Shown in pieces: positions 1 to 7,634 of a DNA stretch of 7,634 nt. The translations under genes and the position numbers were made by a program. The DNA comes from Octopus sinensis. Taxonomy: Eukaryota. Position 1 is the first letter of the stretch. The number at the start of each line of letters is the position of its first letter. The DNA lies in contig NW_021828817.1 of the NCBI RefSeq assembly GCF_006345805.1, positions 1 through 7,634 of the forward strand. Direction: 5' to 3'. Under the pieces are notes generated by a model. The model saw only the letters and a program-made list of their open reading frames with translations, did no database searches and had not been told where the DNA came from.

Positions 1-299
1 TAATTTAAATGTCCAGTTCGTTGATTCAGGCACGCGACATTCCTGATTAATTAACTCCTCTACTTACTCCCTGGTGACTATAGAAACTTCCCTGGGGTTA
101 TAGGCAACTGAAGGCCTACGTCTTGTGTATCACAGACCCAATACGCTTTGCAAGTTCTATAAAGCATTTGTACGAATATGCTATACTTTTTATTCTCTTT
201 GAAATGTGATCCCATTTCATACTGATTCGTTCTTCTTGAAATTGCCTGTCTGTTTCGTTATCGCAGTTGAAAGCATCCTTCTCTTTTCAGAAGGTGAAC

Positions 300-1320
300 A
301 CTTTTCTGCACTTTTTTAAAAAAATTGATTCCACGATTATTTTCTTTTGAGTTTTTCTTTTTCACTTTTTTTTGGAAAAGGACTGCCAGTCTCTTTTGGC
401 CGCCATCTGGTTTCCATCCTCATTAGTAGATATGGTATTACTGATGTAAGATGTAAGATGGTGCTTCCTGGTCGTTTATTTCTCACTGTGGATAAGTCTT
501 GTTGTCACTGCCAGTTATGAGTTGAAGGGTTGTTCGTGAGTTTCTTGGTTAGTTCCTGCAATGAAGACAGGATAATTTTTCATGACTCCAGAACCGTGTC
601 CGGTGTTTCCATAGGATCACCAATCTCCTTAATTTGTTCCAGTTCTTGTTCTTTTACGCATTCTGGGTATAAAGCACTTCAATAATTTTTACTGTCACGC
701 ATGTAGCAACATAACTTTCTATTCTGGGTGCTGAGTTTGCAAGTTCGTTTCAAGAATGTCTACGGGAGCAGTTCTGGTATCGTTTTGTGGTCTTACAAAA
801 ACAGGACTTCTATGCCCTTAGTAACCTCACTGAACCACCTATTGACACTGACCGCCAGCCTATATTGCATAAATAATTTAGGTATTAATAATAGCAGGTA
901 TAATGTCAGGTATGTCTCGGAAAATTTCGACTTGCACTTTGATATCGTCCATGTTTTAAAAGTGACTCATGCTGCCACACATCCTCTTCCGATAAAAGAA
1001 ATTTCAGTTGGGCGTACTCTAACACTTCCTTGAAAGGCACAAGAAAGCATTCGTGACCTTGGTAAAACACAGATTGGGTACCCTCCTGTTTTTGTGCGCT
1101 TCTGCAATGAATTGCGATCAACTGACACTTGTCTTGTGGAGAAAATGCTACAAGGCCTGAGTTCTTTCTGGTAAATGTTCCATGTTTAGGCTTTTTCTTC
1201 GTTTAAAAGAATGTTTGCATTTTTGTTACTGTTCGTTACACTTGACGAAGTACAGACATGTCTGTTGTAGCAGCTGCAACTGTTGTTGTCAGGTATATTG
1301 CCTGTTAGGCTTTGCAAGAA
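300..1320 (-). pseudogene. Possible highly decayed non-LTR retrotransposon ORF1 (gag-like) relic
   Basis: The minus strand is A-rich with broken reading frames: ...QLIAIHCRSAQ..., DDIKVQVEIFRDIPDIIPAII, a smeared G..C...GH-like segment near 800-860, and a basic DWQSFSKKKVKKK patch near 350-385. These resemble L1/Tx1 ORF1 features. No intact knuckle, many stops and frameshifts, boundaries approximate. Confidence 0.25.
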
Positions 1321-1351
1321 ACCATCATCATCATTATCATTATTACTTAAA

Positions 1352-1554
1352 AGCGGCGTGCTGACAAAATCGTTAGCACGCCGGGTAAGATGCTTAGCAG
1401 TATTTTGTCCGTCTTTACGTTCTGAGTTCAAATTCCGCCGTGATCGACTTTGCTTTTGAGATCGATGAAATAAGTACCAGTTGCGCACTGGGGTCGAAGT
1501 AATCGACTAGTCCTCTCCCTCAAATTTCAGGCCTTGTGCCTTTAGTAGAAAGGA
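1352..1554 (+). mobile_element. tRNA-derived SINE (copy A), tail type 1
   Basis: Degenerate A box (TGACAAAATCGTTAG, ~1362-1376) and B box GAGTTCAAATTCC (1424-1436). It aligns with the reverse complement of ~5568-5730 over the head and core, with a ~9-nt core deletion here. It ends in GGCCTTGTGCCTTTAGTAGAAAGGA plus a (CTA)n tail. Confidence 0.88.
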
Positions 1555-1587
1555 CTACTACTACTACTACTACCACCAACACCACCA
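1555..1587. repeat. (CTA)6 grading into (CCA)n microsatellite, SINE tail
   Basis: Read directly from the sequence. Confidence 0.9.
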
Positions 1588-1885
1588 ATTTTTTCTTTTT
1601 CCTTTTTAGCTATTTTGATTTATTTCTCTGGGATAATCTGGAAAAAGAAACCATTTTTGCCTTATAGTAAAATAAAAAATATTAAAAAATAATCTTGTTG
1701 TCTAAATCCAGTAAGGAGTTGACATTCCCAAATATTCAATAATAGTCCCGGCTTGAGATATTATCCAAAATATAAATTGATATCTGCAATGAAATTTGAA
1801 AAACATTGAGAAATCTCAGAGCAAAACTTTTAAGTATCTGAACGAATCATCAGCGATTAACAACAACGACGACGTCAAAGACAGA

Positions 1886-1930
<45 letters not shown>
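1886..1930. repeat. (AAT)15 microsatellite
   Basis: Perfect 45-nt trinucleotide run directly upstream of the RLE retrotransposon fragment. Confidence 0.97.
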
Positions 1931-1931
<1 letters not shown>

Positions 1932-1935
1932 TAAT

Positions 1936-2215
1936 CAGCCACTGCGGGACGTGATAGGAAAGTTATGGGGCATGAGGAAAGTAATGGTGATACCGGTGGT
2001 AATAGGAGCATTAGGAACAGTTTCCAAGGGCTTTGAAAAACATATTAAGAATATTGGAGCTGCTGTCAGGCTCGAAGTGATGCAGAAGACAGCATTGTTG
2101 GGTACAGCTCGCATTCTAAGAAGAGTATTGTCTCTTTGACTCACGGGAGAAGACATTACTTGAAATCTTTGGTGATTTGTAATTGACTGCTTTCAAGTAA
2201 AGAATAATTGGTAAT
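1936..2215 (+). mobile_element. 5'-truncated R4/Dong-like non-LTR retrotransposon: C-terminus of restriction-like endonuclease domain plus 3' UTR
   Basis: Open frame 1936-2139 reads QPLRDVIGKLWGMRKVMVIPVVIGALGTVSKGFEKHIKNIGAAVRLEVMQKTALLGTARILRRVLSL*. This matches the characteristic RLE-element end (I..LW....V.VIP.VIGALG ... QK..LLGT..ILR.VL). The 3' UTR has a perfect 10-bp stem (2156-2165 / 2191-2200). Confidence 0.88.
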
Positions 2216-2234
2216 TAAGAACTATCCGTGAGTC

Positions 2235-2566
<332 letters not shown>

Positions 2567-2568
2567 AC

Positions 2569-2824
2569 GGGCATATTGCGTAGTGGTTAAGAGCGCAGGC
2601 TACTAACCCCAAGATTCCGAGTTCGATTCCAGGCAGTGACCTGAATAATAATAATAATAAGAAGAAGAAGAAGAAGATCGAAAAATACTTTAGGAATGAG
2701 AACCCAAGTTCGAAATTTCCCCAAGACACCTGATGAAGGCTGGAGGGTGTATCAGCCGAAACGTTGCGTTAACAACAAACAAGATGAGGACAAATATCCG
2801 TCAAATGTAACTAATGTAAATAAT
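2569..2824 (+). mobile_element. tRNA-headed SINE-like element with (AAT)5(AAG)6 linker and Penelope-like hammerhead tail
   Basis: tRNA-like head 2569-2641 with A box TTGCGTAGTGG (2576-2586), anticodon-like loop CTACTAA (2600-2606) and B box GAGTTCGATTCC (2619-2630). Linker 2644-2676. Tail 2677-2824 contains a hammerhead core and ends in AATGTAAAT-like repeats. Confidence 0.85.
2725..2770 (+). ncRNA. Minimal type I hammerhead ribozyme motif (Penelope-like)
   Basis: Stem I GACAC (2725-2729) / GCGTT (2766-2770) with one A-C mismatch. Core CTGATGA (2730-2736) plus an extra A. Stem II GGCTG (2738-2742) / CAGCC (2753-2757). GAAA (2758-2761). Loopless palindromic stem III AACGTT. Predicted cleavage after GTT (2765). 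Confidence 0.8.
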
Positions 2825-2844
2825 AGCCAAGAGTCTTTCAGAAT

Positions 2845-2955
2845 AGCAGCAGCAACAACAACAATAACGACGGCGGCGGCAACGAGGACGACGACGACAA
2901 CAACAACAACAACAACACCAATAATAATAATAATAATAATAATGATAATAATAAT
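2845..2955. repeat. Compound trinucleotide tract (AGC/AAC/GGC/GAC/AAC/AAT)
   Basis: Read directly. The (AAT)n end is the likely (ATT)n tail of the minus-strand LINE. Confidence 0.9.
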
Positions 2956-4007
2956 TCCTTATTCATATATATAAGGATTTACATTATGATAAACATGGAC
3001 AGCACAGGACAAACCAAAGAATGTGTGTATGTGTGTGAGGGTTTTGCGTGTAAACAAGATTAACAAAATTTATAAAGCAGGAAGAATATAGAAAGAAATC
3101 AACAATGTGTAATTCTCAATAGGGAGGAAACGTTCGGGGGCTGCTCATGGAAAAACCCCGTAAAAAAATCCATGGGTACCCTGACTTTTGGGGCAGGTAC
3201 CTTTTTTTCTTTTCATTTTTCCAACTACAGGTGTATGCTCAGGGCAGGCCCGTTCACCTGCACCATTCTCACCTCTCTCATCCGCCTTTCAGCAAACTTG
3301 CTAGAAGATAATACTTACCTCTCTATCCTTATTTTCCTTTTCAGGTGAAACTTGAAGAAGTTCATCGGAGAATGACCAATGAGAAAAGTGTTTGATTTCA
3401 GCCCCTTCGACCTCATTCACCATTCAACCTCTCTCCTTTCCGGTTAAAGGAAGGTGGCGGGGCGATTTTCATAATGAATTCAGTTGACAGCCGGATCCAT
3501 CCCACACGTGGGTTCGACATAAACACACAGGTCAGCAATGCTCGGGCACTGGACGAGTGCATGCAGGACCATTTTGTCGTCCTGCTCACATCTCGGACAT
3601 GCTTGGCTAACGGTACTTCCGTGCCTGTAAAGTTTATCTCGAACAGGCAAAGCACCCCGGTAGCAGTACCAGGCCAGAGATGTTTGGGAATTATCCATCG
3701 GTCCCGGGTCGAAAGTTCACCGGAAAAAAGCGGCTAGTTGATCTTCTTCGACACCCAAGGTCTCCCCAAGAACGTCGTCGCACGTTTCCTCCACTAATCC
3801 TCTATAAAAGGCTAACGTGAACGTTCCACCCATTGCACGGTCCGATTGGCTGAGGGCTGTGAGCGCTTGAAGACATTCCGCTTTCCAAATGCTCCCCCTC
3901 GGTCTCTGTTTTACCCACACAATGAGATTAAAAGCAAAGTTGATCTCAGTGACATTGCACTCAGAACATAAAGAGCCAGAACAAATACGACAACGCATTT
4001 TCAATAG
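2953..4007 (-). mobile_element. Decayed L1/Tx1-type LINE: ORF2 C-terminus (post-RT region, CCHC zinc knuckle) and 3' UTR
   Basis: ORF 3717-4004 continues in frame through a TGA into MDNSQTSLAWYCYRGALPVRDKLYRHG..., then CPRC-x8-H-x4-C (3546-3599). After frameshifts it reads EVEW*MRSKGLKSNTF...FFKFHLKRKIRIER*...FAERR...SIHL* (stop 3225-3227). A T-rich 3' UTR ends in (ATT)n. Confidence 0.85.
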
Positions 4008-4800
4008 ACATAATAATCATCAAAGATGATGTCCCAGGTTTTTACTGTTTTGTGGTCTTCCTCTGGAGAATTTTATGTATGACTATATTATCTAGGGAGA
4101 AAATTCGCTGCTGTTTTTACCAGGCTGATCGAGCACATAGGAGCTATTTCATCCGTGCCAATGACATAACCGTACTAATTTAATCTCTAAATAATTCAAT
4201 TCCTCTATACCAGCTAGTATAGTACAATTTTATACATTTACTAACCCAAATTCACTATGTTTTTAAATGAAATCTTTCAATGTTCCTTGAATGCTTTGAC
4301 ATTTTCATGGCAATGAGTATAAATACTGCCATGTTTAGACTTATTTTTATCTATAGACATTAAATGCATTTTCTAAATGGAATTTTTTTTTTATAGTCAC
4401 CTGATATGATTTACTAACCTGAAAAAAATCACAAAGTACTTTTACTCTTTTTTTTTATACAACAACCCCTCCCACCATAACCTGAACAATTAACGACTTC
4501 TTAATTCATTTTAGATTTATAGATATAGCAATATGCTCAACTGAAGTACCTTGATATAAATAAAACTTATTATTACTAATGTTTAGAAAAATAAAATAAA
4601 TGATGTGATATATAAGAAAGATTGCAGACAGTGGTCCATTGTGCCAATTTTAACACATTTCTATCTTTTCTTTGTTGATTACCTTTCGAAAGATTGCATT
4701 TACTTTTAATCTTTCCAGTACTGATTGATAAAATATCTATGGAGTTCTAGGTGAATGCAGTTTGATTAACGCTTCAACAAACTTTAGTCTTGTGACTTAC

Positions 4801-4927
4801 ATTATATCCTTCCGTAATACGTTCTTATTGATTCTTCCAATACCATGTCGACAAGTATGATGAGATCTGTCTTGTTGATAAGATCTTAATAAGGCCGAAA
4901 TATGTCTAAACTTCTCACCCGTACTTG
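4801..4927 (-). other. Candidate 127-nt internal exon of an unidentified host gene
   Basis: Minus-strand acceptor TTTTAATCATTTCAG, donor GTAAGT (4795-4800), and one open frame: STGEKFRHISALLRSYQQDRSHHTCRHGIGRINKNVLRKDI. The peptide is not recognised. Confidence 0.3.
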
Positions 4928-5034
4928 CTGAAATGATTAAAACGGTTACTAGTCATTAACTAATATTACTTTTGCTGTGTTTTCTCTTGTCACATATCGT
5001 ATTTAATCATGTATATGTGGCACTATTTTATTAT

Positions 5035-5164
5035 TTTTTTTTTTAGTGTAAAACTGGAGCACGACTTATACAAAAGGTAAAGCTAAAACTGTGTAGAGAA
5101 AAAAAATTGTATCAAAATTTAACACAAGATTAGCGGGTGGCGACTTATACACAAGTAAATACGG
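5035..5164. mobile_element. One terminus of a Tc1/mariner-superfamily (Tc2/pogo-like) DNA transposon or MITE
   Basis: Ends CGACTTATACACAAGTAAATACGG followed by TA (5165-5166), i.e. TA|CCGTATTTACTTGTGTATAAGTCG on the minus strand, typical of Tc2-type TIRs. Subterminal motif CGACTTATACA occurs at 5062-5072 and 5141-5151. No partner TIR was found in the window; inner boundary uncertain. Confidence 0.65.
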
Positions 5165-5344
5165 TAATAATTACTCGCTGACCCTTTTAAAGCTCACTGC
5201 ATTAAACATGCCAACACTAACACAATTATTCGTTTAACTCACTGTCTTCAGTTCAGAATAAGGGGAAGTCACACTCAATTCTACTCCGTGATCCCCGTAC
5301 CAAACTCTCACCTTCGCCTTCTGCAAGGTAGGAGCGAATGTAAA

Positions 5345-5488
5345 TTGATTTCGGCCAGTGTCAGCGGTGTACATTCAGTTATTTGATCAACTGCCAGCTT
5401 ATCAAATTAGCGTGTCGGTCGGTGGCCGAGTACTCCACAAGCGCATGTAGCGTAAACATAGTCGTCATATGGAATCAACGTGACACAA
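5345..5488 (-). mobile_element. Degenerate 3' portion of another cephalopod SINE-like repeat
   Basis: Motif order TATTTGATCAAC...AAATTAGCGTG...GTGGCCGAGTACTCCACA...TCAACGTGACACA resembles an abundant octopus repeat as I remember it. There is no second copy in the window to confirm this. Confidence 0.4.
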
Positions 5489-5500
5489 TCAACAGCATAT

Positions 5501-5730
5501 ATATTTCTTTACTATCCACAAGGGGCTAAAACATAGAGGGGACAAACAAGGACAGACAAACGGATTAAGTCGATTACATCGACCCCCAGTGCGAAATTGG
5601 TACTTTATTTATCGACCCCGAAAGGATGAAAGGCAAAGTCTACCTCGGCGGAATTTGAACTCAGAACGTAACGTCAGACGAACTACCGCTAAGCATTTCG
5701 CCCGGCGTGCTAACGTTTCTGCCAGCTCAC
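5501..5730 (-). mobile_element. tRNA-derived SINE (copy B), tail type 2
   Basis: Minus strand: GAGCTGGCAGAAACGTTAG A box, B box GAGTTCAAATTCC (5650-5662), intact core GACTTTGCCTTTCATCCTTTCGGGGTCGATAAA. Homologous to 1352-~1508, then diverges into the tail GTTTGTCTGTCCTTGTTTGTCCCCTC...AGTAAAGAAATAT. Confidence 0.9.
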
Positions 5731-6053
5731 ACACACATATATAAGCACTCGCACACACACGTACGCATACACACACACAATTTACATGGTGCTGCTGTCT
5801 TGTCTCACGCTGCGCCGCCAGTACTTCACTGCTTCGCCTCGCACACTGGTTCCATAGATAATATTTTGCGCATTAGTCAACTATATTGTCACCGAGCAAA
5901 CAACACTGTATGACCAAGCTGCCACCAGTTTCATTCGTCCAATCACACACGCCACGTAATGCGTTGACAATGTAAATATGTGTATGAGTATGTTTGTGTA
6001 TGTATATCTGTATGTCTGTCGTCTCTCTCTTATGTATTTGTGCACGTGTACGC

Positions 6054-6059
6054 ATACAT

Positions 6060-6090
<31 letters not shown>

Positions 6091-6129
6091 ATACATACAT
6101 ACATACCTACACACACACACACACATACA

Positions 6130-6160
<31 letters not shown>

Positions 6161-6443
6161 CATACACACTTACATACATACATACATACATACATACATG
6201 TATATATACATACATACATACATACATACACACATACATACATACATACATACATACATACATACATACATACATACATACATACATACATACATACATA
6301 CATACATACATACATACATACATGCATTCATACATGCATTCATACATACATACATGCATACATACATACATGCATGTATATATACATACATACATTACAT
6401 ACATACATACATACAATTATATATAAACAAACACACACACACA

Positions 6444-6484
<41 letters not shown>
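6054..6484. repeat. (TACA)n / (CA)n compound microsatellite
   Basis: Read directly; source of the HTYI/MYVC ORFs. Confidence 0.97.
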
Positions 6485-6489
<5 letters not shown>

Positions 6490-6737
6490 TAAGCACATAA
6501 ATGTGAAGCAAGGTGGGAGAAATAGTACTCGAATACCAGAGGTAGAGTAATATGCTTTATTAATAAAACTGCAAAAACCTTACAAAATTTCACAAAAAAA
6601 ATACATTCAGAGTTTACTTTCCCGTTCGTCGGATAATTTTGATACAAAACAATCAGACGAACGGGAGCGTATACTCTGAGTAGCAGGATTTTGTGATATT
6701 TTTGTGAAGTTTTTGTAGCTTTGATAACAAAGTTTAT
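6485..6737. mobile_element. Foldback (imperfect inverted-repeat) element with degenerate hammerhead-like motifs, possibly Penelope-derived
   Basis: Arms 6550-6641 and 6645-6737 are imperfect reverse complements around the apex TTTTG-ATA-CAAAA. Both carry C(A/C)GACGAACGGGA..GTA(A/T)ACTCTGA. The left arm extends unpaired to ~6485. Confidence 0.65.
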
Positions 6738-7448
6738 ACATACATACATAAATACATGCATACATACATACATACATACATGCATGCATACATACATACA
6801 TACATACATGCATGCATACATACATACATACATGCATGCATACATACATACATACATGCATACATACATACATACATGCATACATGCATGCATGCATGCA
6901 TACATACATACATACATGCATGCATACATACATGCATACATGCATGCATACATACATACATGCATGCATACATACATACATGCATACATACATACATGCA
7001 TACATGCATACATGCATACATGCATGCATGCATGCATGTATACATGCATACATGCATACATGCATGCATGCATGCATGTATACATGCATACATACATACA
7101 TGCATGCATGCATTCATACATACATACATACATACATGCATACATGCATACATACATACATACATGCATACATACATACATACATGCATACATACATACA
7201 TACATGCATGCATGCATACATACATACATGCATGCATACATACATACATACATGCATACATACATACATACATGCATACATGCATACATGCATACATACA
7301 TGCATACATGCATGCATGCATGTATACATGCATACATACATACATGCATGCATGCATTCATACATACATACATACATACATACATACACACACATACATA
7401 CATACAAACATACATACATACATACATACATACATACATACACACACA

Positions 7449-7476
<28 letters not shown>
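6737..7476. repeat. (TACA/TGCA)n tetranucleotide array, ~740 bp
   Basis: Read directly: mixed TACA and TGCA units with rare TGTA/TTCA variants. Confidence 0.97.
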
Positions 7477-7479
<3 letters not shown>

Positions 7480-7634
7480 GTTGCCGCAAAGGCATTTTTT
7501 CAAAATACGCCAGCCAAGATAAGTTAAAAATTGTCTGAAGTCGTAAGACACCCGCTGTTTTGTTCCTGTTATTACTATTCTTGTTTTTTATTTCTATTTT
7601 TTGTTTCTTGTATTTATATTCGTGTGGCATTCTG

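Noticed and set aside
728-1488. Short ORFs 728-1033, 1182-1364 and 1186-1488 as genes
   Set aside because: No recognisable domains; they overlap a SINE, a microsatellite or the antisense of the decayed relic.
2569-2641. Functional tRNA gene (anticodon-like ACT)
   Set aside because: The acceptor and anticodon stems pair poorly, there is no Ser-type long variable arm and no downstream T-run terminator, and it is fused to repeat sequence. It is better read as a SINE head.
2758-2775. Alternative monomeric hammerhead fold with stem III ACG-TTG-CGT and cleavage after 2770
   Set aside because: The downstream AACAA cannot pair with GACAC to form stem I, and the C at 2767 is T in the other copy.
4090-4160. 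Short segment reminiscent of another cephalopod repeat end (AATTCGCTGCTGTTTTTACCAGG...)
   Set aside because: Too short and diverged; based on vague recall only.
6054-7476. CRISPR-like or information-bearing repeat array
   Set aside because: No repeat-spacer structure; the unit variation is explained by single transitions plus slippage in a eukaryotic microsatellite.
5873-7630. Many long overlapping ORFs (HTYI/MYVC/HACM repeats, up to 350 aa)
   Set aside because: These are translations of TACA/TGCA/CA repeats that lack stop codons in all frames.
7500-7634. Possible third hammerhead/Penelope-like tail (CTGAAGTCGTAAGAC, then a T-rich stretch)
   Set aside because: No complete CTGANGA and no correctly placed GAAA, and the window edge truncates it. 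It may be a repeat, but this cannot be supported here.

Overview
Eukaryotic, AT-rich, repeat-dense non-coding DNA. The repeat families resemble octopus/coleoid cephalopod repeats (recognised from memory, not searched). No intact protein-coding gene is supported; the long track ORFs are microsatellite translations. Contents: (i) two tRNA-derived SINEs with a shared head and core but different 3' tails; (ii) the 5'-truncated C-terminus of an R4/Dong-type RLE retrotransposon next to an (AAT)15 tract; (iii) a decayed L1/Tx1-type ORF2 C-terminus with 3' UTR, plus a possible ORF1 relic; (iv) one end of a Tc2/pogo-like DNA transposon; (v) long tri- and tetranucleotide repeats; (vi) one candidate host exon. 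The most notable feature is a tRNA-headed SINE-like element whose tail carries a minimal Penelope-type hammerhead ribozyme, arranged head-to-head with an inverted copy (2235-2824). A second, unrelated foldback element with a degenerate hammerhead-like motif (6485-6737) has the same architecture.
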